DNA of 54,395 nucleotides from an uncultured Pirellulales bacterium (GCA_964618485.1 CAZUBB010000001.1:1-54395), one strand, 5' to 3'; shown: positions 30,905 through 39,806, counted from the stretch's first letter. Notes: a model not told the origin generated them from the sequence alone. Made by a program: numbers and translations.

Positions 30905-33900
30905 ATGCGGTCGAAACGTCGGTTTCTGGGCGGGGGTTCGCGCTTCGATCATCGGTTGCGTCGCCGTGGCTGGCATTTGGAGTGGCTCGAATCGCGGCGT
31001 CTGATGGCGGGCGTGGTCGCGATTTCCGAGATGATGGCGTCGAATTCGGACGGCCTGGAGGACGAGGACGGCGATAACTCAGATTGGGTTGAGCTACACA
31101 ACTTGACGTCGGCGCCGGTCGAGTTGCTGGGCTGGCATTTGACCGATGACGACGATGACTTCACGAAGTGGACCTTCCCGGACGTGACGATTCCGGGCAA
31201 TGGTTATCTGGTGGTGTTCGCGTCGGACAAGGATCGGATGCCGACGACGGGCGAACTGCATACGAACTTCCGGCTCGATGCGACGGGCGAGTTTCTGGCG
31301 CTCGTGCGGCCGGATGGCGTGACGGTGGAATCGGGTTTCCATGCGACGTATCCGCTGCAGGCGGCGAATGTCAGCTACGGGCTTGCGCAAGCGAGCGCGG
31401 AGCCGGTGACACTGCTGGAAGAGGGCGCGCCTGCGCAGGCGTTGACGCCGACGGAGGCGATCGCCAGCGCGATTGGGGACGCTTGGAAGGAAGTGGACTT
31501 CGCGCCGGATGGTTGGCGGTTGGGGACGACCGGCGTGGGGTTTGAACGGGCCGCGGGTTACGCGGATTTGATTGGGCTGGATGTGGGCGAGGCGATGTAC
31601 ACCGTGAATCAGACGGTGTACGCGCGCGTGCCGTTTGAGGTGGCGGAGCCGGGGCGGTTGTCGGGATTGACGCTTTCGATGCGCTATGACGACGGCTTCG
31701 TGGCGTATCTCAACGGGCAACTAGTGGCGCAGCGCAATGCGCCGAGTGAGCTGGCTTGGAATTCCGGCGCGACGGCGCAGCATCCGGACTTTGAGGCGCT
31801 CGAGTATGAGGGGATTGATATCTCGGCGTACCTTGGCGCGTTGCGGCCGGGCGCCAACATGCTGGCGGTACATGGGTTGAATGCGGGCGCGGCGAGCAAT
31901 GATTTTCTGATCTCGCCGAAGTTGACCGCCGTACGTCAGACTACCGCGGGGGAAGCGGCGTTTCGGTATCTGACGACGCCGACGCCCGGTGCGGCCAACG
32001 TGAGCGATTGGTACGACGCGTTGACGCCGGCGCCGGCGCTTGACGCGGCGAGTGGCGTGTACGACAGCGCGATCCAGGTCGTGTTGCGATCGCAATCGCC
32101 GGGCGCGACGTTGATTTACACGTTGGATGGCTCGACGCCCTCGGTGACGAATGGGCATACGGTCGCGCCGGCGAATGCGGGGGCGTTTGCGCAAGTGACG
32201 TTGCCGGTGAGCAACACGACGACCGTTCGCGCGCTGAGCGTGAAGGAAGGGGCGTTGGCATCGGAGCTGGCGGCGGCGAGTTATGTAATTCTGTCGTACG
32301 TGGCGCAGCAGCCGGCGAATCCGGCGGGATTCAATATGTCGTGGGCCGGCTATCCGGCGGACTATGGGATGGATCCCGACGTGATCAACACGACGCTGCC
32401 GGGATACGACTTGCACACGGCGCTGGTGTCGCTGCCGTCGCTCGTGGTGGCGACGCCGGTGGAAGATCTGTTCGGCACGACGGGCATTTACGCGAACAGT
32501 GGCGCGCGCGGCCAGGAGCGGCATGCGTCGATCGAGCTCGTTTATCCGGACGGCAGCCCTGGGTTTCAGATCGACGCGGGCTTGCAGATGCACGGCAACT
32601 CCAGCCGCGACCATAATTTCACGCCGAAGAATCCGATTCGCGTGCTGTTCAAGTCGGAGTACGGCGCGAGCAAGTTGCGTTACCAGGTGTTTCCCGACTC
32701 GCCGGTGGAGCGGTTCGACGAATTGCTGCTGCGCGCGGCTTCGACCGATTCCTGGCCGGTGATTGAAGGGTATCCGGTGCTGGGAATTCAACGCTGGTCA
32801 CCGCGGCATGCGACGTACATTCGCGATGAGTATATGCGCCGCACGCAGCTCGCGATGGGGCATGCTTCGGGACATGGGATTTTCGTGCATCTGTATCTCG
32901 ATGGGTTGTATTGGGGCGTTTACAACCTGGCCGAGCGTCCGGGGGATTCGTTCAACGCGGAGACGTTCGGCGGCGAGAAGGAAGAATATGACGTCATCAA
33001 GGATTACTCAGAGTTGGAAAGCGGCAATCTGACCGCGTGGAACCGGCTTATCGGCCTGGCGAATGCGGGGCTGGCGAGCGATGCGGCGTATCAGTTCATT
33101 CAGGGCAACAACCCCGATGGCTCGCGCAATCCGGCGATCGAGCGGCTGCTCGACGTGGAGAATCTGATCGACTACATGATCTTGCACATCTACTCCGGCG
33201 CGGAGGATTGGCATGATCACAATTGGTGGGGCGCGCGACGCCGCGGGCCGGAGAGCGAAGGGTTTCGCTTCTTTGTATGGGACCAGGAAATCAGCAACGA
33301 TTCACTCGTGCGGACGCACGGCGTGTTTTCCACTCGCTTTGAAGACCCCGCGAACGGGTATTCGCCTTCGTACCTGTATGGCAAGTTGCTGGCGAACACG
33401 ACTTTTCGGGAGAAGTTCGCGGATCGGATTCAGCAATGGTGCTTCAACGGCGGCGTGCTGTCGCCGGAGGTGAGTTCCGCGCGGTGGTTGTCGCTGCAAG
33501 AGGAAGTGGATCACGCGATCGTGGCGGAATCGGCGCGCTGGGGGGACGCGCGGCGCGCGGTTCCGTATAAGCGCGAGGTGGAGTGGCTGGCCGAGATGAA
33601 CTTCATGCGCGACACCTATTGGCCGGGCTTGCTGCCGGTGGCGCTGGAACGATTTCGCCGCAAGGGGTTGTTTCCCGACACGCTGGCGCCGGAGGTGCTG
33701 GTCGATGGGACGCCGATGTTGGGAGGACGCGTGTCGCCAGGCGCGCAACTGGAGTTGCAGGATCCGAGCGGGCCCGGGAGCGCGATTTATTACACGCTCG
33801 ACGGCGCCGATCCGCGGGCGGCGATCACGGCGCTGGAGACGTTTTCGCTGGTGACGACGGAGAGCGCCGTGAAATACGTGGTGCCTAGCAGCAATAGCGA

Positions 33901-35746
33901 CGACGGTGAGTGGTTTCAGGGCGAGTTCGACGACAGCGTCTGGCGCGAAGGCGTGGCTGCGCTGGGCTTCGAGCGGGCGAACGGCTATCAGGATTATTTC
34001 GACACCGACCTGGCCACAGAGATGTTCAATATCCGCCAGAGCGTGTACGTGCGCGTGCCATTTTCGTTGGACGAGGTGCCGACGTTCGATACGCTCACGT
34101 TGCGGATGCGCTACGACGATGGTTACGTCGTTTACTTGAATGGCGAGCGGATCGCGGCGCGGAATGCGCCGGCTACGTTGCGCTGGGACTCGGGGGCGAC
34201 GGCGCAGCATGCCGATTCGGCGGCGATTGTGTTTGAAGATGTCGACGTGATGGAGTTCGCTCATTTGCTTCGGGCGGGCGAGAATGTGCTGGCGATCCAC
34301 GGACTCAACGCCGGCGTGGGGAGCAATGATTTTCTGCTGGCGCCGGAGCTGATCGCCGTTGATACGAGCGGTGATCTGTCGCCGCGCGCGCTCCTGTACA
34401 CCGGCCCGCTGACGATCGACCAAGAGACGTTCGTGCGCACGCGCATCAAGCGCGCCGGCGAATGGAGCACGCTCATTGAGGCGGCGTTTACGGTGCCGTC
34501 GGCGTTGCGGATTTCGGAATTGATGTTCCATCCGCCGGACCCTGCGCCGGGAAGCTTGTTCGCAGCCGAGGAGTTTGAGTTCGTGGAGTTGGTCAATACC
34601 GGCACCCAGCCGTTGGCGCTCGTGGGTCATCGGTTTGCTGAGGGGATTGAATTTACGTTCGACGACTCGGCGGGCGAGTTGCTTCCTCAAGAGCGGGTGC
34701 TCTTGGTGAAGAACCGCGCGGCGTTTGAATCTCGTTATGGGTTGGGGTACAACATCTCCGGGGAGTATGAAGGGCAGCTCTCGAATAGCGGCGAGCGGCT
34801 GCAACTGGTCGATGCGCTGGATGCGACGGTGCTGGACTTCGTGTTCGATGACGGCTGGGAACCGGATGCCGATGGCGGCGGGCGCTCGCTGGTGATTCGC
34901 GATGCGACGCAGCCAGAGAATAGTTGGGGCGACCGTGACAGTTGGACGGCGGGGCGGCTGGCGCTCGGCACGCCGGGGTTGCCGGAAACGCGAATCGCGG
35001 GCGACTCTAACGGCGACGGACGCGTCGATTTGATCGATCTGAATCTCGTGCGCAATCGCTTCGGCGCTATGGGATGGGGCGATACGGATGATGATCGCGA
35101 CGTTGATTTGGAGGATTTGAATGCGGTGCGGAATTCGTTCGGCGCCGTGGCTGAGAGCCTCAGGGCTGATGCTGATTTAACGTCTATCTGCCAGGGGGAC
35201 GACATGCTTTCGATCAGCGACTACCTTTCCGAGCCAGGCATTGACAAATGGGTGGCGGAGCTCGGTTGCACCAGCGCGCCGATTCCGCGGCAGAATATCA
35301 AGACAGCGCTTTCATTCTTTGCAAGCGAGATGCCGACGTTGACCGTGCCTGATGCCGTTGGATTTCTGGCCGCGATGGATCTTTCCAAGCAGGTGGCGGC
35401 AGAGATGCTGCCGGCCGGCGAGCGATTGATCGGCTTTCGCACGGGAACTGAATCGCCCTTCAAGCTCTTTTTCGCCCGGCGCGGCGCGTCACCGCAATCG
35501 TCGGGAATCAACTCCGCGCAGCGCGGGCCGGTGCATTTCGTCGTGCGCACGCCGGTACGAGCTTTGGCATCATTTACGACGGGGGCCAAAGATACCTGGA
35601 CACGGATGGCGCCTGGCCAGCCGGTCAGCGTGACGCCGCGGGCGAAAAAATGGTACGGGCAGGAATTCGGCGTGATGGTGGCCGGCGGCGGCGGGCAGTT
35701 GATTATTCCGGAGTCGTACAAGCATTTGCTGGTTGAGGAGGGTTAG
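30905..35746 (+). CDS. LTD-CotH-LTD-dockerin exoprotein (CotH kinase-family core) with an extra C-terminal 180-aa module
   Basis: The preferred start is ATG 30905 (MRSKRRF...), based on the upstream promoter and SD-like signals; the ORF itself opens at 30791. Modules: lamin-tail-like (ISEMMASNSDGLEDEDGDNSDWVELHN); CotH core (GNSSRDHNFTPKNPIRVLFKSEYG, IRDEYMRRTQLAMG, LYLDGLYWGVYNLAERP, NLIDYMILHIYSGAEDWHDHNWW); a duplicated jelly-roll flanking the core (MRYDDGFVAYLNGQLVAQRNAP / MRYDDGYVVYLNGERIAARNAP); a second LTD (LRISELMFHP...FEFVELVNTG); and a dockerin-type pair (DSNGDGRVDLIDLNLVRNRFG, DTDDDRDVDLEDLNAVRNSFG). Confidence 0.85.
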   Translation: MRSKRRFLGGGSRFDHRLRRRGWHLEWLESRRLMAGVVAISEMMASNSDGLEDEDGDNSDWVELHNLTSAPVELLGWHLTDDDDDFTKWTFPDVTIPGNGYLVVFASDKDRMPTTGELHTNFRLDATGEFLALVRPDGVTVESGFHATYPLQAANVSYGLAQASAEPVTLLEEGAPAQALTPTEAIASAIGDAWKEVDFAPDGWRLGTTGVGFERAAGYADLIGLDVGEAMYTVNQTVYARVPFEVAEPGRLSGLTLSMRYDDGFVAYLNGQLVAQRNAPSELAWNSGATAQHPDFEALEYEGIDISAYLGALRPGANMLAVHGLNAGAASNDFLISPKLTAVRQTTAGEAAFRYLTTPTPGAANVSDWYDALTPAPALDAASGVYDSAIQVVLRSQSPGATLIYTLDGSTPSVTNGHTVAPANAGAFAQVTLPVSNTTTVRALSVKEGALASELAAASYVILSYVAQQPANPAGFNMSWAGYPADYGMDPDVINTTLPGYDLHTALVSLPSLVVATPVEDLFGTTGIYANSGARGQERHASIELVYPDGSPGFQIDAGLQMHGNSSRDHNFTPKNPIRVLFKSEYGASKLRYQVFPDSPVERFDELLLRAASTDSWPVIEGYPVLGIQRWSPRHATYIRDEYMRRTQLAMGHASGHGIFVHLYLDGLYWGVYNLAERPGDSFNAETFGGEKEEYDVIKDYSELESGNLTAWNRLIGLANAGLASDAAYQFIQGNNPDGSRNPAIERLLDVENLIDYMILHIYSGAEDWHDHNWWGARRRGPESEGFRFFVWDQEISNDSLVRTHGVFSTRFEDPANGYSPSYLYGKLLANTTFREKFADRIQQWCFNGGVLSPEVSSARWLSLQEEVDHAIVAESARWGDARRAVPYKREVEWLAEMNFMRDTYWPGLLPVALERFRRKGLFPDTLAPEVLVDGTPMLGGRVSPGAQLELQDPSGPGSAIYYTLDGADPRAAITALETFSLVTTESAVKYVVPSSNSDDGEWFQGEFDDSVWREGVAALGFERANGYQDYFDTDLATEMFNIRQSVYVRVPFSLDEVPTFDTLTLRMRYDDGYVVYLNGERIAARNAPATLRWDSGATAQHADSAAIVFEDVDVMEFAHLLRAGENVLAIHGLNAGVGSNDFLLAPELIAVDTSGDLSPRALLYTGPLTIDQETFVRTRIKRAGEWSTLIEAAFTVPSALRISELMFHPPDPAPGSLFAAEEFEFVELVNTGTQPLALVGHRFAEGIEFTFDDSAGELLPQERVLLVKNRAAFESRYGLGYNISGEYEGQLSNSGERLQLVDALDATVLDFVFDDGWEPDADGGGRSLVIRDATQPENSWGDRDSWTAGRLALGTPGLPETRIAGDSNGDGRVDLIDLNLVRNRFGAMGWGDTDDDRDVDLEDLNAVRNSFGAVAESLRADADLTSICQGDDMLSISDYLSEPGIDKWVAELGCTSAPIPRQNIKTALSFFASEMPTLTVPDAVGFLAAMDLSKQVAAEMLPAGERLIGFRTGTESPFKLFFARRGASPQSSGINSAQRGPVHFVVRTPVRALASFTTGAKDTWTRMAPGQPVSVTPRAKKWYGQEFGVMVAGGGGQLIIPESYKHLLVEEG

Positions 35747-35869
35747 ATCAAGGAGTCGAACGGATTGGCCCTCCGAATCTGAAATGACGCTCGCAGACCG
35801 ACGCGAGGAAGCGTATCATGGCAGCGCCGTAGTGGTGGAACATCCGGGAAGCAGCAAGGGAGCGAACCC

Positions 35870-36142
35870 ATGCCCAAGTTTGTGATCGAACGCGAAATCC
35901 CTCGCGCCGGGAAGTTGAGCGCCGCTGATTTGCAGGGGATCTCGCAGAAGTCGTGTGCGGTGCTCAAGGAGCTTGGCCCGGCGATTCAATGGGTTGAGAG
36001 TTATGTCACCGATGACAAGGTGTACTGCGTGTACATTGCGCCGAGCAAAGACCTGATCGAGCGGCACGCGGCGCAAGGCGGGTTTCCGGCGAATCGCATT
36101 TCGGAAGTGCGCGCGGTGATTGATCCCACGACGGGGGATTGA
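35870..36142 (+). CDS. DUF4242 family small protein
   Basis: 90 aa: MPKFVIEREIPRAGKLSAADLQGISQKSCAVLKELGPAIQWVESYVTDDKVYCVYIAP...GGFPANRISEVRAVIDPTT. This matches my recollection of the DUF4242 consensus along its whole length. Confidence 0.8.
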   Translation: MPKFVIEREIPRAGKLSAADLQGISQKSCAVLKELGPAIQWVESYVTDDKVYCVYIAPSKDLIERHAAQGGFPANRISEVRAVIDPTTGD

Positions 36143-36230
36143 GGGGAATGCCGCGACGGCTGGGGATCGACTGTCCGCGAAACACGCTGAACACGCGAAA
36201 GAGGGCGGCGGGAAAAGTTGTCCACAGAAT

Positions 36231-36270
36231 ACACGGAAGTACGCGGAAGGGGACGGATGGAGGCGGAAGG
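36231..36270. repeat. Four 10-bp-phased direct repeats nnnCGGA(A/T)Gn upstream of the TPR gene
   Basis: CGGAAG at 36234-39, CGGAAG at 36244-49, CGGATG at 36254-59 and CGGAAG at 36264-69, with an exact 10-nt period. The array ends about 105 nt upstream of ATG 36375. Confidence 0.6.
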
Positions 36271-36374
36271 CAGAGTTGAAGGGCTTGGGCACTAAGCGTG
36301 TTGCGGGTGCTGACGCGTCTGGCTCGCTTTGGCGTGAAGTCACTTCGGTCGAATGGGGCATTCGTTGCTGGCTC

Positions 36375-37457
36375 ATGGAACGCGACAAGGCTGAAGTTCC
36401 CCGTTATCGCTGGCGGAATTTGGTGCGGGTGCTGGCGATGCTGGGCTACCTGGTGGTGGCGGCGCTGCCGATTGTTCGCGTTTGGGAGGACTTGTACGCG
36501 TTCGTGATGTTCGCCGGCGCAATGTCGATCGGGCTGGGCGTGGAGCGGCAGGTCGGCGGGCCGGGGTATATCGGGGCGGCGCTCGGCGCGATGCTGGGGG
36601 CGGCGGTTGGCGACGCGCGATTCTCGTTCAGCTTATTGGACGGCCTTGACCTGTGGGGACGCGGCTGGGCCGCAGGGGCCGCCGCCGGATGTGGTGCGGT
36701 GTTGGCGCTGCCGTATGCATGGATCTGGCGCCGGCTTGATCCGGATTGGGGGAAAGTAGTAGCCGCCAAGGCGCAACGGACGTTGGAGCGCGGTCACGCC
36801 GACGGAGCGCTCGCGCAGTATTCCTACGCGATCGAAGCGCATCCCGGCGACCCGGTGCATTTCAATAATCGCGGACTGGCGTATATGAAGCTTGGTCGCC
36901 ATGCCGAGGCGATGCAAGATTTCACGGACGCAATTGAGATCAACCCCAGGCTCGCGGCCGCGTACTGTAATCGCGCGATGTCGCTGCTGCATCTCGGCGA
37001 AACGCAACGGGCGCTTGAGGATCTCGATGCCGCGCGGGAGCGCGAGCCGCAGAACGCGACGGTCCATTACCAGCGCGGCATTGTCTTTCTGCAAGTTGGC
37101 GATCCACGCAAGGCCCACGAGGCGCTCAGCCAGGCAATTGCGCTCGATCCCTCGATGGCCCAAGCGTATTACGAGCGCGCGGCGGTCGCGGCGCGGCAGA
37201 ATCAGGCCGCCGCTGCGATTGAAGATCTCAATCGCGCGGTGTGGATTGCTCCGGAATACGCCCGGGCGTATTTCTTGCGCGGGCAAGTTTACGTGGCGAA
37301 GCGAAACCTCACAGCGGCGATTCAGGACTTCAGCGCCGCGATCCGACTGGAGCCCGCGAACGCCGAGTTTTATCGCGGACGCGCGGCGGCCTATCAGGCG
37401 GCGAGCTATTTCGCGGAGTCCCGCGCGGACCTCGATCGGGCGGATCAGTTGGGGTGA
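36375..37457 (+). CDS. Membrane-anchored TPR-repeat protein
   Basis: Start chosen at ATG 36375 (MERDKAEVPRYRW...). Three or four N-terminal hydrophobic helices are followed by about 6 TPR units (NNRGLAYMKLGRHAEAMQDFTDAIEINP, YCNRAMSLLHLGETQRALEDLDAAREREP, FLRGQVYVAKRNLTAAIQDFSAAIRLEP). Confidence 0.8.
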   Translation: MERDKAEVPRYRWRNLVRVLAMLGYLVVAALPIVRVWEDLYAFVMFAGAMSIGLGVERQVGGPGYIGAALGAMLGAAVGDARFSFSLLDGLDLWGRGWAAGAAAGCGAVLALPYAWIWRRLDPDWGKVVAAKAQRTLERGHADGALAQYSYAIEAHPGDPVHFNNRGLAYMKLGRHAEAMQDFTDAIEINPRLAAAYCNRAMSLLHLGETQRALEDLDAAREREPQNATVHYQRGIVFLQVGDPRKAHEALSQAIALDPSMAQAYYERAAVAARQNQAAAAIEDLNRAVWIAPEYARAYFLRGQVYVAKRNLTAAIQDFSAAIRLEPANAEFYRGRAAAYQAASYFAESRADLDRADQLG

Positions 37458-37609
37458 CGGCGCGTTAAATTGGCCGGCAATTTGCATATAGCGCGTCCGC
37501 GAAAGGAAATCGGCTGCGGCGCGAAGTTGGCCTCACTCCAGGCGCTGACGCTTCCGGCTCGCGATTTGGGCGTGAAAGCTATATTTAATATTGATAAGCG
37601 GCGCACGAA

Positions 37610-39490
37610 GTGCTTTCAGGATTTTACATGACGGTCGATTATCAGCATTGGTCTGCAGAGGTGCGACGCCTGGCCGAGGCGGTCGAGGGCCTTGCGCCGC
37701 GTGCTGCGCGGATCGAGGTGGCCCGACCGGACGGCGAGGAATGGCACGAGTTGCTCGTGCGCAAGTTGCTACCGGACGCGCAGGCCGCGCCGATTCTGAT
37801 TGTGGCGGTCGTAGGCGGGACAAACATCGGCAAATCGCTGTTGTTCAATCACCTCGCTGGCGAGAATGCCAGCGGCGTGAGTCGCCTGGCCGCGGGGACG
37901 AAACATCCGGTCTGCCTCGCGCCGGCGCCGTGGGCGGACGAAGCAAAACTGGCGGAGCGCTTCGAGGGATTTCGCCTCCAAAAATGGAACTCGCCGGAAG
38001 ATCCGCTGGGCGAAAGCGCCGAGCATCGATTGTATTGGCGGCAAGGCAAGAACGTACCGCCGAGGCTGCTGCTGCTCGATACGCCGGACATCGATTCCGA
38101 TGCGGTGGTCAACTGGCAACGGGCCGATCACGTGCGGCAGGCGGCCGACGTATTAATCGCGGTGTTGACGCAACAAAAATATAACGACGCCGCGGTGAAG
38201 CAGTTCTTTCGCAAGGCCGCGGACGCCGACAAGCCCGTGATCGTGGTCTTCAATCAATGCGACTTGGAAGCCGATGCCGAGTACCTTCCGCTGTGGCTCC
38301 GCACGTTTGCCGAAGAGACCGGCGCGCGACCTGAGTGGTGCTACGCCGTGCCGTACGATCGGCGCGCGGCGGAGTCGCTGCAACTGGAGTTTCATCGACT
38401 GTCACCGGAGGGGAAGCCGTTGGCAGAGCCTGGCGCTTCACTGCGTGAGCAGTTGGCGGATCTGCAATTCGACGCGATTAAGCTGCGCACGTTTCGCGGC
38501 GCGCTGGAGACCGTGCTCGACCCCGCGCGCGGTGCGCCGGCGTATCTCGATCGCATTCGCCGCGCGAGCGATCGCTTCGTCGAGGCGGCCGCGGGGCTCG
38601 CACACGAAGAAGTCGCGCGACTGGATTGGCCGAATCTGCCGCCACAGTTGCTCGTCGAGGAAATCGGGCGCTGGTGGGAGCCGCGCCGGCCGGGTTGGGT
38701 GCAGGGCATTCACGGTTTTTATCGCGGCATCGCCGGCGTGGTCACCGCGCCGATTCGCATGGGTTGGCGCATGGTAGCTGGGCCGACGGAAGATCCCCTA
38801 GCGGCGTTTCGCGCGAGGGAACGCGATACCATCGTTCGCGCGCTGGCGCGGTTTCTCGATGACTTGGAGCGACTCGGAACCGTCGGCAACGAGATTCTCA
38901 AGCCGCGCGTCGAGCGACTTCTCGGCGGTCGGGCGCGGGTGTCACTATTGGACCGTATTCGTCAGGCCTACGACGAACTGCCGGCGCTCGGGCAGGACTA
39001 TCGCGAGTTCGTGGCGCAAGAGCTCGACACGTGGGCCAATGACAACCCGGCCGCGGTGTCGATTCTTCGTTCGCTCGATGGCGCCACGGCAGTGGGGCGT
39101 CCGGCGATCACGGTAGCGCTCGTGTTGAGCGGCGTCGCTTGGACCGGGGCCGATCACGCGCTTGTGCAGGCGGCCGGCGGAGCGATCGCGGAATTGGTGA
39201 AAGACACGCTGATCACTACGACCGTCACCGGCGGCGGCGAGGCGGTCGTGGCGGTCGCCGGCGAAAGCGCGAAGCAAGCGGCGGCCCGGCTCTTCGCGCG
39301 GCTGCAATCGGGCTATGCACGGCTCCGCGCCGGCTGGCTGGCGTCGCTCTTGGAGCGCGAACTGCTCGGAGAATTGCTGGCGGAATTGCGTTTGGGGGCC
39401 GAAATGACGCAGTCGCCGGAGTTTCGCGCGGTCGAAGACGCGACGCGCAAACTGTCACGCACGTTCGCGGCGATAGAACGAGCGACGTGA
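37610..39490 (+). CDS. P-loop GTPase (MMR_HSR1/dynamin-like) with a long helical region and a C-terminal hydrophobic hairpin
   Basis: G1 is VVGGTNIGKSLLFNHL, G3-like is LLLLDTPDIDS and G4-like is VVFNQCD. The C-terminal hydrophobic segments are GRPAITVALVLSGVAWTG and TLITTTVTGGGEAVVAVAG. The start is GTG 37610 or ATG 37628. Confidence 0.7.
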   Translation: MLSGFYMTVDYQHWSAEVRRLAEAVEGLAPRAARIEVARPDGEEWHELLVRKLLPDAQAAPILIVAVVGGTNIGKSLLFNHLAGENASGVSRLAAGTKHPVCLAPAPWADEAKLAERFEGFRLQKWNSPEDPLGESAEHRLYWRQGKNVPPRLLLLDTPDIDSDAVVNWQRADHVRQAADVLIAVLTQQKYNDAAVKQFFRKAADADKPVIVVFNQCDLEADAEYLPLWLRTFAEETGARPEWCYAVPYDRRAAESLQLEFHRLSPEGKPLAEPGASLREQLADLQFDAIKLRTFRGALETVLDPARGAPAYLDRIRRASDRFVEAAAGLAHEEVARLDWPNLPPQLLVEEIGRWWEPRRPGWVQGIHGFYRGIAGVVTAPIRMGWRMVAGPTEDPLAAFRARERDTIVRALARFLDDLERLGTVGNEILKPRVERLLGGRARVSLLDRIRQAYDELPALGQDYREFVAQELDTWANDNPAAVSILRSLDGATAVGRPAITVALVLSGVAWTGADHALVQAAGGAIAELVKDTLITTTVTGGGEAVVAVAGESAKQAAARLFARLQSGYARLRAGWLASLLERELLGELLAELRLGAEMTQSPEFRAVEDATRKLSRTFAAIERAT

Positions 39491-39497
39491 CTCACCG

Positions 39498-39519
39498 CAT
39501 TGTTAATATATTAACGATG
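39498..39519. promoter_or_regulatory. 22-bp AT-rich near-perfect palindrome CATTGTTAATATATTAACGATG
   Basis: The core GTTAATATATTAAC (39502-39515) is a perfect palindrome. It lies 8 nt after the GTPase stop and about 110 nt upstream of tRNA-Ala. Its AT-richness stands out in GC-rich DNA. Confidence 0.5.
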
Positions 39520-39557
39520 CCCCGCTTGTCTTCAATGCACTTTGCGCGCCCCGCACC

Positions 39558-39586
39558 TTGGCGACGCGGGGAACGCGAACTAGACT
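39558..39586 (+). promoter_or_regulatory. Candidate promoter for tRNA-Ala (TTGGCG-17-TAGACT)
   Basis: TTGGCG at 39558-39563, a 17-nt spacer, TAGACT at 39581-39586; 42 nt upstream of the tRNA 5' end. Confidence 0.35.
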
Positions 39587-39628
39587 GGAGTCTTGTGCCG
39601 GCGGCGCTCTAGCAAGCGGCCGCAGCAA

Positions 39629-39701
39629 GGGGACGTAGCTCAATTGGGAGAGCACCGGCTTTGCAAGCCGGGGGTTGAGGGTTCGATCCCCTTCGTCTCC
39701 A
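39629..39701 (+). tRNA. tRNA-Ala (anticodon UGC)
   Basis: 73-nt cloverleaf folded by hand. Acceptor stem GGGGACG/CGTCTCC with the G3:U70 alanine identity pair; D arm GCTC-AATTGGGA-GAGC; anticodon arm CCGGC-TTTGCAA-GCCGG; T arm GAGGG-TTCGATC-CCCTT; discriminator A. CCA is not encoded. Confidence 0.93.
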
Positions 39702-39806
39702 GTCTTATCTGACAACGACTTACGTCGAGGCGGTTTTCTCAGAATCGCCGGTTTGTCACCGCTCTTGTCACCCGAAATCGGGCTAAACTTGAGCGAAGAC
39801 AATCAA

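Noticed and set aside
35870-36142. The DUF4242 gene as an immunity protein for the toxin-like tail of the CotH protein
   Set aside because: DUF4242 is a widespread small family found in many unrelated contexts, and I know of no immunity role for it. Adjacency alone (a 123-nt gap) is insufficient. It is kept as an ordinary CDS.
36120-36374. An upstream 85-codon extension of the TPR ORF (TTG start at 36120)
   Set aside because: The extension overlaps the end of the DUF4242 gene and translates the purine-rich phased-repeat region into low-complexity peptide. The ATG at 36375, followed by TM helices, is a more credible start.
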